This document shows, one piece after another, positions 40,737 through 51,055 of a DNA stretch of 64,000 nt; positions within the stretch are counted from its first letter, which is position 1, and every line of letters begins with the position of its first letter. The notes below the pieces were generated by a model. It was not told the origin of the DNA and made no database searches. It worked only from the letters and a program-made list of their open reading frames with translations. The position numbers were made by a program, and so were the translations under genes. This DNA is from Candidatus Lustribacter sp. (GTDB lineage: Bacteria > Vulcanimicrobiota > Vulcanimicrobiia > Vulcanimicrobiales > Vulcanimicrobiaceae), in contig OZ255842.1 in assembly GCA_965277805.1 (NCBI GenBank), positions 416,001-480,000 of the forward strand. Reading direction: 5' to 3'.

Positions 40737-42739
40737 ATGTTCCCACCGCCGACCGCGATGGGGTGCGGGTCATCACGCTCGACAACCCGCCGATCAACGC
40801 GATCTCGTTTGCGTACTCCGCCGCGCTCGTAACGGCGCTCGAGGCGGCGGAACTGGATCCCGGCGTGCACGCGATCGTGTTGACCGGTGCCAACGGGCTC
40901 TTCAGCGGCGGCGCCGACATCAACGATTTCGCAACCGAACCCACGGCCGAGACGAAGACGATTCGCGACGTGATCGCCGGCGTCGAGAAGAGCGCGAAGA
41001 CGTACGTCGCGGCGCTCGAGAAAACCGCGCTCGGCGGCGGCATCGAGCTCGCTCTCGCGTGCGATTACCGCGTCGCGGTCGCCGGCACGAAACTCGGCTT
41101 TCCCGAAATCAAGCTCGGGCTGATTCCTGGCGCAGGCGGAACGCAACGGCTGCCGCGGCTGATCGGCGCGCAAGATGCGCTGCAGATGATGCTCAGGGGC
41201 GATAACATCGATGCCGACGAGGCGCGCAAGAAAGGCCTGCTCGATGCGGTCGTCGCGAGCGATGCGGTCGCCGCGGCGCAGGCGCTGATTGCACGCGTGC
41301 GCGTGACGGCGCCGAAACGCCGCACGTCGGCGCGGCGGACGGAGTTGGGCATCGCGGGCCTGGCGTTATTTGCTACGCCCTTCGTGGTCGCGCAAGCACA
41401 CAAGATGGTGCCGCCGGAAGACCGCGGCGGTTTCGCCGCGCACAAGCTCGTCGATGCGGTCGCGGCATCGATCGAACTCGAATTTCCGCGCGGCCTGGCG
41501 CGCGAATACCGGCTCTTCGACGAACTCGTCCGGTCCGCGCCCTCGGCCGCGCTGCGCCACGTGTTCTTCGCCGAGCGCGAACTCGGCAAGATCCCGGGCA
41601 TGCCGCCGGCCGCGCCGCTGACGATTGCCAGTGCCGGCATCGTCGGTGCCGGAACGATGGGCACCGGCATTGCAATCACGTTCGCGAACGCCGGCATTCC
41701 AACCGTGGTGATCGAGCCCAACGACGAGCAGATCGAACGCGCGAAGCAGATGGTCTTCGGAATGTTCGCGCACCAAGTGCAGCGCGGCCGCATGACGCAA
41801 GAAGAAGCGTGGGAGCGCGGTCAATCGATTCGCTTCGAGAACGACATGGCCGAGCTGGCGCAGGCCGACATCGTGGTCGAGGCCGTGTTCGAAAACATGG
41901 AGGCGAAGAAGGCCGTCTTCGCGCAGCTCGACGCGATCGCGAAGCCGGGTGCGATCCTCGCGAGCAACACCTCGACGCTCGACATCGATGCGCTGGCCGC
42001 GATGACCACGCGTCCGGAACGCGTGCTCGGGCTGCACTTCTTCGTGCCGGCCAACATCATGAAGCTGCTGGAGATCGTGCGCGGCAAAGGCACCTCGCCC
42101 GAAACGCTGGCCACCGCGATCGCGCTTGGGAAGACGCTGCGCAAACTGGGCGTCGTGTCGGCGAACGCGTTCGGCTTCATCGGGAACCGGATGCTCTTCG
42201 ATTATGCGCGCGCGGCGATCGGTTTGGCCGAAGAGGGCGTTGCGCCCGAGCGCATAGATCGCGTGATGAAAGAGTTCGGCATGGCGATGGGTCCGTTTGC
42301 GATGTTCGATCTCTCCGGCCTCGACGTGTTCTGGCACATCGAGCAAGGGAATCCGGAGGTGCGAAGCCGCTCGGCGATCGTCGACCGCCTCTATCGCGAG
42401 AACCGCCTCGGTCAGAAGACGGGCGCCGGCATCTACCGTTACGAGAAGGGCAGCCGCGAACCGATCCCCGATCCGGTGACGCTAGAGCTCTTTCGCGAGG
42501 AAGCGGCAAAGGCGGGCATCGCGCCCCAGCCCGACGTGAGCGATGCCGAGATCGTGCAGCGTCTCACCGGCGCGCTGATCGCGGTGGGCGAAGAGCTCGT
42601 GCGCACCGGCGTTGCGCTGCGGCCGGGTGACATCGACATCGTCTACGTCTACGGTTACGGCTTCCCGCCCCACCGCGGGGGCCCAATGTGGTACTCTTCC
42701 GCTGCCCCTCGACAAGCTCGGGTGACAAGGGGTGACTGA
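40733..42739 (+). CDS. Enoyl-CoA hydratase/3-hydroxyacyl-CoA dehydrogenase
   Basis: [51 protein letters not shown]. Confidence 0.94.
   Translation: MNVPTADRDGVRVITLDNPPINAISFAYSAALVTALEAAELDPGVHAIVLTGANGLFSGGADINDFATEPTAETKTIRDVIAGVEKSAKTYVAALEKTALGGGIELALACDYRVAVAGTKLGFPEIKLGLIPGAGGTQRLPRLIGAQDALQMMLRGDNIDADEARKKGLLDAVVASDAVAAAQALIARVRVTAPKRRTSARRTELGIAGLALFATPFVVAQAHKMVPPEDRGGFAAHKLVDAVAASIELEFPRGLAREYRLFDELVRSAPSAALRHVFFAERELGKIPGMPPAAPLTIASAGIVGAGTMGTGIAITFANAGIPTVVIEPNDEQIERAKQMVFGMFAHQVQRGRMTQEEAWERGQSIRFENDMAELAQADIVVEAVFENMEAKKAVFAQLDAIAKPGAILASNTSTLDIDALAAMTTRPERVLGLHFFVPANIMKLLEIVRGKGTSPETLATAIALGKTLRKLGVVSANAFGFIGNRMLFDYARAAIGLAEEGVAPERIDRVMKEFGMAMGPFAMFDLSGLDVFWHIEQGNPEVRSRSAIVDRLYRENRLGQKTGAGIYRYEKGSREPIPDPVTLELFREEAAKAGIAPQPDVSDAEIVQRLTGALIAVGEELVRTGVALRPGDIDIVYVYGYGFPPHRGGPMWYSSAAPRQARVTRGD
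42705..42727 (+). repeat. REP-like element inside the 3' end of the hydratase/dehydrogenase gene
   Basis: CCCCTCGACAAGCTCGGGTGACA versus 32625-32648. Confidence 0.7.
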
Positions 42740-43913
42740 GGCCGTGATCGTTTCGACGGCACGGACGCCGATCGGGCGCGCGTTTCGCGGGGCGTTCAAT
42801 CAGACGCACGGTGCAACGCTGGCCGGACATGCCATCGCACACGCGGTCGAACGCGCGGGCGTCGAACCGGCGGAGGTCGACGACGTGATTCTCGGCGTCG
42901 GCTTACCGGAAGGCGCGACCGGCAACAATCTCGGACGCGTTGCGGCGCTGCGCGCCGGTTTGCCGGTGAGTGTTCCCGGCGTGACGATCAACCGTTACTG
43001 CGCCTCCGGACTGCAGTCGATCGCAACGGCGGCCGGACGCATTCTTGCCGACGGCGCGAAGATCGTCGTTGCGGGCGGCTGCGAGTCGATCTCGATGGTG
43101 CAGAACGTCATGAACGTGCACCACTTCACCGAGGAGTGGACGCTGCGGCACGAGCCCGATCTCTACATGCCGATGCTGCAAACGGCCGACGCGGTCGCGA
43201 AGCACTACAAGATCTCACGTGAGGCGCAGGACGAGTACGCGTTGCAGAGTCAGCAGCGCACCGCGGCTGCGCAAGCGGCCGGGCGATTCGATGCCGAGAT
43301 CGTTCCGCTTACGACGTGGAAGTACGTCGAGCACAAAGCGGATGGATCGTTCAGCGAAGAGCTCGTCACGCTCCGGAACGATGAAGGCAATCGCGCCGAC
43401 ACGACGGCGGCCGGTCTCGCCGCGCTCAAAGGCGTGCTCGATGCGAAGTCGACGGTCACGGCGGGCAACTCATCGCAGCTCTCCGACGGGGCCGGAGCCG
43501 TCGTGGTCATGGACGCGCGCGAAGCCGCCCGCCGTAACCTGCAGCCGCTGGGGATCTACCGCGGCCTCGTGGTCTCGGGCTGCGAGCCGGGCGAGATGGG
43601 CATCGGACCTGTCTTCGCTATTCCCAAGTTGCTACAACGCCACGGCCTGAGCGTCGACGACATCGGTCTCTGGGAGCTGAACGAGGCCTTCGCGGTGCAA
43701 ACCGTGTACTGCCGCGACGCGCTGGGCCTGCCAAACGAGCGCTTTAACGTTGACGGGGGTGCGATTTCCGTCGGACACCCGTATGGGCTCAGCGGCACCC
43801 GCATGACGATGCACGCGCTGCTCGAGGGCAAGCGGCGCAACGTCAAATACGTCGTCGTCACGATGTGCATCGGGGGCGGCATGGGCGCCGCGGGGCTCTT
43901 CGAGGTGGCGTGA
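42732..43913 (+). CDS. Acetyl-CoA C-acyltransferase (thiolase)
   Basis: [42 protein letters not shown]. Confidence 0.95.
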   Translation: MTEAVIVSTARTPIGRAFRGAFNQTHGATLAGHAIAHAVERAGVEPAEVDDVILGVGLPEGATGNNLGRVAALRAGLPVSVPGVTINRYCASGLQSIATAAGRILADGAKIVVAGGCESISMVQNVMNVHHFTEEWTLRHEPDLYMPMLQTADAVAKHYKISREAQDEYALQSQQRTAAAQAAGRFDAEIVPLTTWKYVEHKADGSFSEELVTLRNDEGNRADTTAAGLAALKGVLDAKSTVTAGNSSQLSDGAGAVVVMDAREAARRNLQPLGIYRGLVVSGCEPGEMGIGPVFAIPKLLQRHGLSVDDIGLWELNEAFAVQTVYCRDALGLPNERFNVDGGAISVGHPYGLSGTRMTMHALLEGKRRNVKYVVVTMCIGGGMGAAGLFEVA

Positions 43914-43955
43914 GGCAGGGAGGGTGCGTGCTAAAGGGCGTGGCATTTTGGCTGG

Positions 43956-44438
43956 GTGAGCGTTCACCAGATATCATTCGAACTCAACGGTAAGACCGTC
44001 GAGCGGTCCGTCACTCCCGAGACCCTCGTGGCCGACATGCTGCGCGACGACATCGGCCTGACCGGTACCAAGATCGGCTGCAGCATCGGCGTGTGCGGCG
44101 CCTGTAGCATCCTCGTCGACAACACGTTGATGTCGGGTTGCTTGCTGCTGGCCATCATGGTCGACGGCAAATCGGTGACGACGATCGAGGGCATCGCGCC
44201 GTCGGAAACCGAGCTCTCGCCGCTGCAGGATGCGTTCATCCGCAAGGGCGGCTTCCAGTGCGGCATCTGCACGTCGGGGCAGATCATCGCCGCGACCGCG
44301 CTGCTCGCGCAGAACGCGAAACCGAATCGCGAAGAAATCAAGGAGTGGATGATGGGTAACCTCTGCCGCTGCACCGGTTACTACAAGATCATCGATTCGA
44401 TCGAAGACGCCGCCGGGATCGTTCATGAAAACGTTTGA
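43956..44438 (+). CDS. CoxS/XdhC-like 2Fe-2S subunit
   Basis: GC..GVCGAC, QCGICT, GNLCRCTGY. Confidence 0.92.
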   Translation: MSVHQISFELNGKTVERSVTPETLVADMLRDDIGLTGTKIGCSIGVCGACSILVDNTLMSGCLLLAIMVDGKSVTTIEGIAPSETELSPLQDAFIRKGGFQCGICTSGQIIAATALLAQNAKPNREEIKEWMMGNLCRCTGYYKIIDSIEDAAGIVHENV

Positions 44439-45294
44439 TTACAGCGCGGCCGCTTCGATCGACGAAGCGCTCGCAGCACTCCAAGAACACGGCGACGACG
44501 TCGAGTTCATCGCCGGCGGCACCTCGCTCGTGCTGATGATGCAGCAGGGCCTCGTGCAGCCCTCCAAAGTCGTCGGCCTCGGCCAGATCAAAGAACTGCG
44601 CGGCATCAAGCGCACGGCCAACGGCGGACTCGAAGTGGGCGCGATGACGACGCACCGCCAGCTCGAGACCTCACCCGAAGCATTCGCCTACGCGGCGGCC
44701 TTGCCGCAGTCGCTCGGCGTCATCGCGACGATTCGCGTGCGCAATCAAGCCACGCTCGGCGGCAACCTCGTCCACGCGGATCCCGCGCAGGATCCGCCGC
44801 CCGTGTTGATCGCGCTCGACTCGATCGTCGACGTCGTGAGTGCCGGCGGCGGCGCGCGTGCGATTGCGATGGAAGAGTTCTTCACCGATTTCTTCGAGAC
44901 GCAGCTTGGGGAAAACGAACTGGTCCGCTCGGTGAAGATTCCGCCGATGCCGGCCGGCTCGCGCCTGGCCTACAAGAAGTTCTTGCCGCGCACCGAGGAC
45001 GACTACGCGACCGTTTCGGTTGCCGTACGCCTCGGCGTCGATCCGGATGGAACGTGTAAGGATATCCGCATCGGTCTCGGCGCGCTCGCGGTGACGCCGC
45101 TGCGCGCAAAGGCCGTCGAGCAGGCGCTGCTCGGCCAGAAGCTGACGGAAAAGTCGATTAAGGAAGCTGCCGCTCTCGTGCGCGATGAAGTCGACCCCCT
45201 CGACGACGTGCGCGGTTCGGCCAAATACAAGCGCGAGATGGCGCGTGTCTGGACGGAGAGAACGATCGCCCTGTTGGCGAAGCCCGTTGCATGA
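44425..45294 (+). CDS. CoxM-like FAD-binding subunit
   Basis: AGGTSL, RNQATLGGN..HADP..D, DD.RGSA.YK. Confidence 0.92.
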   Translation: MKTFDYSAAASIDEALAALQEHGDDVEFIAGGTSLVLMMQQGLVQPSKVVGLGQIKELRGIKRTANGGLEVGAMTTHRQLETSPEAFAYAAALPQSLGVIATIRVRNQATLGGNLVHADPAQDPPPVLIALDSIVDVVSAGGGARAIAMEEFFTDFFETQLGENELVRSVKIPPMPAGSRLAYKKFLPRTEDDYATVSVAVRLGVDPDGTCKDIRIGLGALAVTPLRAKAVEQALLGQKLTEKSIKEAAALVRDEVDPLDDVRGSAKYKREMARVWTERTIALLAKPVA

Positions 45295-45746
45295 AGTTTG
45301 AGCAGACCATTGACCTCCCGGGGGCGAGCCCCGATCGCGTCTGGGACTTTGTCATGGACGTGCCGTCGATGGCAAAGTGCATTCCCGGCTGCAGCGGGGT
45401 CGAAGACCTCGGCAACAATCACTACAAAGCAACCGTGAAGATTAAGGTGGGCCCGATCGGGCTCTCGTTGGCGAGCGAAATTTCGATCGTCGAGAAAAAC
45501 GAAGCCGATCGCACCGCGTCGCTGCTCGTGGAAGCGGCCGACAAACGGGTCGGCGGCGCGGTCAAGGCCACGATGGCGATGAAGCTCACCCCCGCGGGCG
45601 ACGGCTCGAAGCTCGAAGTGACCACCGATGCCAACGTGATGGGCCGTATCGGCGATTTCGGTCAGCCGATCATTCGCAAGAAAGCAGATCAAACGCTCCA
45701 AGAGGTCGCCGAGAACCTGCGAAAGGCACTCGCAACGCCGGTATGA
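45291..45746 (+). CDS. CoxG-like (SRPBCC) accessory protein
   Basis: VWDF..D...CIPG, KVGPI, G.I..FG..II. Confidence 0.85.
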   Translation: MKFEQTIDLPGASPDRVWDFVMDVPSMAKCIPGCSGVEDLGNNHYKATVKIKVGPIGLSLASEISIVEKNEADRTASLLVEAADKRVGGAVKATMAMKLTPAGDGSKLEVTTDANVMGRIGDFGQPIIRKKADQTLQEVAENLRKALATPV

Positions 45747-47938
45747 CGACGATCGTTGCACCGCGTCAAGCCGGCGCGGTCCTCGGTTCCGACGAGATCC
45801 GGGTTGAAGGGCGCGACAAAGTCAGCGGCAAGCAGAAGTACACGGCCGACGTGCAGCTGCCCAACATGCTGTGGGCGGCATTTACGACCAGCCCGCTGGC
45901 GCACGCGCGCATCATCAGCATCGACACGAGCGAAGCGAAGCGCGTGCCGGGCGTGCATGCGGTCTTGACGTCGGCCGATATCGGTCCCAACAAGCGTTCG
46001 GGCCGCATGCTCTACGATTTGCCGGTCCTGGCCTACGACACCGTGCGCATGATCGGCGATCGCGTCGCGGCCGTCGCCGCCGAAACACGCGAAGCCGCCG
46101 AGGAAGCGGCGCGGCTGGTGCAGGTCGAGTACGAAGAACTGCCGGTGCTGCTCGATCCGTTTGCGGCGCTTGCGCCCGACGCGCCGGTGCTGCACCCCGA
46201 CGTCGACAGCTACTTCTTCGCCGGCAAGGCGCAGCCCAAACGCAAGCACCCGAACGTGCAAGGCTGCCAACTGATCACCAAGGGTGAAACCGACCTCGAG
46301 CCGATCTTCGCACGCGCGCACCGCGTCTTCGAGCATAAGTTCGAGACGCCGCGCCAGCATGCCGGGTACATCGAGCCGCACGCCGGGATGGTGTGGATCG
46401 ACGATCAGGACGTCGTTCACGTCTATACCGTCAACAAGCAGCCGTTCTCGGTGCAGCAGTGGATGGCGAACACGCTCGGCCTGCCGCTCGAGAAGATCGC
46501 GGTCGAGCCGATCGGCATCGGCGGCGATTTCGGCGGCAAGGGCCTCACGACCGACGAGTACGCGTGCTACTATCTCGCGCGCGCGACGGGCCGCCCGGTG
46601 AAGCACGTCTACACCTATGTCGAGGAACTGCAGGCGAGTTCGACGCGCCATAAAGCATACATCATGCTCAAGACCGCGGTCGACGAACACGGCAAGTTCC
46701 TCGCGCACGCTTCGGAAGTGATCTACGACGGCGGCGCGTACGCGGCGGGTAAGCCGACGCCGTTCCTCGTGCCCGGCGGCGGCTACGCGACGGTCGGGTA
46801 TCAGATTCCGAATGTGCGGCTCGACGTGAGTTGCGTGTACACCAACACGATCGTCGGCGCGCACGTCCGCTCGCCCGCCGACGTCCAGTGTTTCTTCGCC
46901 TGGGAGCAGCACGTCGATATCATCGCGCATGAACTCGGCATCGACCCGCTCGAGCTGCGCATGCTCAACGTCGTGCGGGAGGGCGAGTCCGCCGTGACCG
47001 GTGAGCACCTGCACAACCCGCAGGGCTATGCCGTGCTGGAGGTGCTCAAGCGCGAACTCGAGGCGCACCCGGCCAAGGACGGCAGTGCGTGGGGCATTGC
47101 ACTGATTTGCCGGCACACCGGCGGCGGAAAAACCGCCGTCGATGCGACGCTCTTTCCCGATGGACACATCGAGATCATGATCGGCGTTCCCGATCAGGGT
47201 TCCGGCGCGTTCACGGTGGCGCAGCGCGTGTTCGCGGCGACGTTCGGGTGCGAGCTCGACCGGGTGACGGTGCGCCAAGGCTCGACGCTCAAAGCGAAAC
47301 GCGATCCCGGATCGGGTGGAAGCCGCGTCACCTACATCGTCGGCAACGCGACGCGCATTGCCGCCGAAGCATTGCTCACCGAGCTCAAGCGCCGCGACGG
47401 CGCGCCGGTCGATGCGCCGATCCACGTCGTCGGCGAGTTCGACGGAACCCAGCACGATGAAGCACATCCGGCCGACTATAGCTTCACCGGGTTCGGCTTC
47501 GATCTGCGCGTCGATCGCGACACCGGCGCACTCGATATCCGCGACGTGCTGTTGGTGTGCGACGTCGGCAAGATCATCAACCCGGTCGCGCATCAAGGCC
47601 AGATCGACGGCGGCTTCATCTACGGCATCGGCAGCGCGACGATGGAAGAGATGCCGGTCGACGAGAGCGGCAAGCTCACCTCGCTTAGTCTCGGCGATTA
47701 CAAGCTGCCCTCGATGCGCGACATCCCGCCGCTGCGGACGGTGTTAGTCGAGTCTCCGACGGCCGGCGGCCCGTACGGATCGAAGATGGCCGGCGAGATG
47801 ACCAACAGTGGCGTCGCGCCCGCGATCGTCAATGCGATCTTCAACAACGCCGGCGTGCGAATCGATGAGTTTCCGGTGACCGCGGAGCGCGTGTTCGACG
47901 CGCTCCAGCAGCACGCTACGACGAACTCGCGACCGTAG
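45743..47938 (+). CDS. Xanthine dehydrogenase-family molybdopterin subunit (not form I CO dehydrogenase)
   Basis: KVSG...YTAD, YIEPH, GGDFGGK, DVGKIINP, GQIDGG, GE; active-site loop AHVRSPAD. Confidence 0.88.
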   Translation: MTTIVAPRQAGAVLGSDEIRVEGRDKVSGKQKYTADVQLPNMLWAAFTTSPLAHARIISIDTSEAKRVPGVHAVLTSADIGPNKRSGRMLYDLPVLAYDTVRMIGDRVAAVAAETREAAEEAARLVQVEYEELPVLLDPFAALAPDAPVLHPDVDSYFFAGKAQPKRKHPNVQGCQLITKGETDLEPIFARAHRVFEHKFETPRQHAGYIEPHAGMVWIDDQDVVHVYTVNKQPFSVQQWMANTLGLPLEKIAVEPIGIGGDFGGKGLTTDEYACYYLARATGRPVKHVYTYVEELQASSTRHKAYIMLKTAVDEHGKFLAHASEVIYDGGAYAAGKPTPFLVPGGGYATVGYQIPNVRLDVSCVYTNTIVGAHVRSPADVQCFFAWEQHVDIIAHELGIDPLELRMLNVVREGESAVTGEHLHNPQGYAVLEVLKRELEAHPAKDGSAWGIALICRHTGGGKTAVDATLFPDGHIEIMIGVPDQGSGAFTVAQRVFAATFGCELDRVTVRQGSTLKAKRDPGSGGSRVTYIVGNATRIAAEALLTELKRRDGAPVDAPIHVVGEFDGTQHDEAHPADYSFTGFGFDLRVDRDTGALDIRDVLLVCDVGKIINPVAHQGQIDGGFIYGIGSATMEEMPVDESGKLTSLSLGDYKLPSMRDIPPLRTVLVESPTAGGPYGSKMAGEMTNSGVAPAIVNAIFNNAGVRIDEFPVTAERVFDALQQHATTNSRP

Positions 47939-49010
47939 CCGCCTTGAGCAGATAGTGGTCGACGGCGGCGTCGGCCGATTTTGAGACGGCAGCTTGCCAG
48001 GTGCTGCCGTAGCCGCGAAGGCCGTTTCCGGGTGCCAAGAACTTCTGCGCGCTGCAGCTATAGAGCGAGACGTTGAGCAGCGCGTTCACGCTATTGATGT
48101 AGTTGTTATATTCCTGGCCCTTCTGCGCGACGGCCGACACGGAACCGAACACGAGATAAGACGCCCCGGTGTCGGCGCAGAGTTCGGGACTCGGAAGCCG
48201 GTGCGCGGTCGAAAGCGGATCGCCCTCCGCAACGGTTTGGCCCCGCCGTTTCAGTGAGGCCTCGATTGCGGTGACGGTGTAGTCACGCACGGCCGGCGGC
48301 ACGTCTTTGGCGACGAAGTTCAGCACCACGAAGCGGCTCGGCCGGCTGGCCGCGGCGTACACTTTCGGCGGTGCGGTTGGTTTCGATGAGAAGCCGTAGG
48401 CTTCGTTGGGCAGTCTCTGGGGCGGCCCGTCGGCGCCCGGTTGGGCACTCCCGCCGCGCGATGCCGAACTCGTGACCTTCTTGGGAGCTTCGGTCGGCTT
48501 CGCCACGGGTCTCGGGGGCGGCGGATTGAGCACGGTTTCGTATCCGCGCGTGAGGTATTGCGTGACCGCGGTCTTCACCGCCGGCGCCTGCAGGATGACA
48601 TCGTCGGACGCCGCCAGATACGCGGTCGTCGACCATACGACGGTGCCGCTGCGCGCACTGACGATTTGTTCGATCAGCGGGACCGTACTCTGCGTCGGCG
48701 GCGAGAACGAGCCCATGAAATAATAATCGGCGCCTGCGGCTTTCGCCGTGCGCAAGTAATCCGCGGGGACGGTGGCGGGATCGGCCATCACGACGTTCAC
48801 GCCGCCGAGATTCTTGAGCGCCGCACCGAGCTGGTTCGCATATCCGATGCCGGCGGCCGGGTCCATGCCCTGCGACGGACGGTACGGAAAGATGACGAGC
48901 GTCGGCGTTGGGAAGAAGTTCACCGTACCTGCGCCCAAGAGCGCGACGGCCAATGCCGCGCAGAAAACGGCAACGAGCGAACGCGTCGTCAGGCGGAGGG
49001 AAACGAGCAT
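47916..49010 (-). CDS. Exported protein with two similar alpha/beta domains joined by a Pro-rich linker
   Basis: Signal-like N-terminus; LVIFPY..GADYYFMGS and FVVLNF..GASYLVFGS; GGAG SD. Confidence 0.65.
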   Translation of the reverse strand: MLVSLRLTTRSLVAVFCAALAVALLGAGTVNFFPTPTLVIFPYRPSQGMDPAAGIGYANQLGAALKNLGGVNVVMADPATVPADYLRTAKAAGADYYFMGSFSPPTQSTVPLIEQIVSARSGTVVWSTTAYLAASDDVILQAPAVKTAVTQYLTRGYETVLNPPPPRPVAKPTEAPKKVTSSASRGGSAQPGADGPPQRLPNEAYGFSSKPTAPPKVYAAASRPSRFVVLNFVAKDVPPAVRDYTVTAIEASLKRRGQTVAEGDPLSTAHRLPSPELCADTGASYLVFGSVSAVAQKGQEYNNYINSVNALLNVSLYSCSAQKFLAPGNGLRGYGSTWQAAVSKSADAAVDHYLLKAATVASSS

Positions 49011-49046
49011 CTCCGGAGGTTCGCGAGCCGGGCGGAAATCCTTACG

Positions 49047-50045
49047 TCAATTGCGGGACGGTTGCTTGACCCGTTCCAACACGGTTTCGGCGCCGTGCAC
49101 GGCACCGTCGGGCCACACCCGCACGAAACGGTAAAGCCCGAAGTTGACGTCGAGGTAGTCGCCCGGACGCGGCAAGCGATCGACGAACAGCTGCAGCGTC
49201 GGACGCCGGTCGGCTTCGATGTCGCTCTCCCACGTTCGTTCGGCGGGCGTTGCGGCGATGCGTGCGCGCACTTCCAGCGAACCGCTGCGCACGTTGGTGT
49301 AGATGCGCGGTTCGAACGCCACGAGTTCCGGCAACGCGTCGGCGATCGTGCGGTAGCGATAGCCGATCGGATCGACGGCGTTTTCGAGAACGTCGCTCAT
49401 CAGCTCGCGCAGCGCGCAATTCTGCGAGATCCATTCTTCCGCGCTGTCGGGTTCCGGCGTCGCTAGGGTGACCGCGCCGCCGTCGCCCGCGTTGACCGCG
49501 ATCCCGAGATCGGCGGCCAATTCGAGCACGCCGCTTTCGCGCAATCGGTCGGCCGTCGCCGCCGTAAGCGCCACGCGCGCGCCGGTGACGGTCGGATAGC
49601 CTTCGTCCAGTGCGGTAGTGCCGAAGTCGACGGCCGTTACGGTCCCGCTGAGCAGCAAGCGCTCAGCAAGGTCGGCGTCGTCGGCCAGCGCCGGCGGATG
49701 GGCGGGCGGGGCGGGCGCCGATGCGTCGACCGCATCGTCATCGCACGGGTCGGCGAGGCCGAAACGGTCGGCGGTGAACAGCACGTCGAAGGCATGACCG
49801 AGATGACGGTGACACGCCCCGAGCGCGTAGGAAAGGTCGTCTTCGACGCCGCTGCCGACCTGCAGATAATAGGTGATCAGTTGCTCGCACGGCTCGCCGT
49901 CGAAGCGCAGAAACGGGCACACGACCGCGACGGTCGGCGCGACCTGGGCGAAGCGGATCGTATCGAGTTCGCCGACGATGCCGGGTTCCAGATTCGCGAT
50001 CAGCTTCGCGCGCCAGCGATCGAAGAACGGCTGATCTATCATCAT
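49047..50045 (-). CDS. Hypothetical acidic protein
   Basis: Long ORF with genome-like codon usage filling the gap; no family recognised. Confidence 0.6.
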   Translation of the reverse strand: MMIDQPFFDRWRAKLIANLEPGIVGELDTIRFAQVAPTVAVVCPFLRFDGEPCEQLITYYLQVGSGVEDDLSYALGACHRHLGHAFDVLFTADRFGLADPCDDDAVDASAPAPPAHPPALADDADLAERLLLSGTVTAVDFGTTALDEGYPTVTGARVALTAATADRLRESGVLELAADLGIAVNAGDGGAVTLATPEPDSAEEWISQNCALRELMSDVLENAVDPIGYRYRTIADALPELVAFEPRIYTNVRSGSLEVRARIAATPAERTWESDIEADRRPTLQLFVDRLPRPGDYLDVNFGLYRFVRVWPDGAVHGAETVLERVKQPSRN

Positions 50046-50105
50046 GGACTGTTCTTTGTCGTGCCGCGGCATGAACGCCTGGCCCGGACTCGGAAGAGCC
50101 TGCCG

Positions 50106-50505
50106 ATGAAGGAGATCATCACCTCCCCGAACGCGCCGGTCACCGGTTTTCACCGATGCCTCGAAGCCGGCCCCGATCGCGCAGGCGATTCGCGCCGGCA
50201 ACTTGCTCTTCGTTTCGGGGCAAGGCCCCCTCAACGCGCAGCGCGAGGTGGTCTCGGCCGAGATCGGCGCGCAGACGCGTCAGACCCTCGAAAATCTGCG
50301 CGCGATCTTGGCCCACGCGGGGGCAAGCTTCGCCAACGTCGTCAACATGCGCGTCTGTTTGCGCGACGTCGCGGACTTTCCGAAGTTCAACGAAGCCTTC
50401 GGCGAAGTGATGGCGGGCGAGAAGGTCACGCGCACGTGCATCGGCGGAACGCCGCATCGCACCGGCGTCAACGTCGAGATCGACTGCATCGCAGTTCTGG
50501 ATTAG
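50106..50505 (+). pseudogene. RidA/YjgF family protein with a +1 frameshift (pseudogene or sequencing error)
   Basis: MKEIITSPNAP in one frame, QAIRAGNLLFVSGQGP...VEID in the next; removing one T from 50147-50150 gives a 132-aa protein. Confidence 0.8.
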
Positions 50506-50515
50506 GAGTGTTGCT

Positions 50516-51046
50516 ATGATGAAGATGCCGCCGGCGTTCAAGATGCCGTTGATCGATCTCAAAGAAGTCGCGGCCGAGCTCGCGCGCACCGGCCGCCGCG
50601 TGCACGTGCTCTGGCAAGAGGACGAGACGCTGGCGTTCGTGGCTCGCGGCCGCGAGTACCGCAGCGAGTTCCATATCAACCCGGCCGACGAAGTGATGTA
50701 CATGCTGCGCGGCGAGATGCGCCTGCACTACCGCACTTCGGAAGGCAAGGAGGACGTCGCCGTGCTGACCGAGGGTTCGATCATCTACACCCCGAGCGGA
50801 ATTCCGCATTCGCCGCGCTTCCCGCCTGACGCGTTCGCCCTGATCATCGAGCGCAAGCGCGCGGGCGGGGAGATCGACACGTTCCAATGGTACTGTCCGT
50901 CGTGCGATGGGTTGCTGCACGAAGAACGCTTTGAGGTCAGCGACTACGCACTCGATCCGGTCTCGAAAGCCTACGCGACGTTTTTCGATAGTGAACCGAA
51001 CCGCACGTGCACGGCCTGCGGCTCCGTGATGCCCGACCCTCGTTAA
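50516..51046 (+). CDS. 3-hydroxyanthranilate 3,4-dioxygenase family protein
   Basis: FHINPADE, PHSP, IERKR, WYCPSC and CTACG rubredoxin-like site. Confidence 0.88.
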   Translation: MMKMPPAFKMPLIDLKEVAAELARTGRRVHVLWQEDETLAFVARGREYRSEFHINPADEVMYMLRGEMRLHYRTSEGKEDVAVLTEGSIIYTPSGIPHSPRFPPDAFALIIERKRAGGEIDTFQWYCPSCDGLLHEERFEVSDYALDPVSKAYATFFDSEPNRTCTACGSVMPDPR

Positions 51047-51055
51047 GGAGGAATT

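Noticed and set aside
45743-47938. Aerobic CO dehydrogenase call
   Set aside because: Lacks the AYxCSFR Cu-binding motif and the form I gene order
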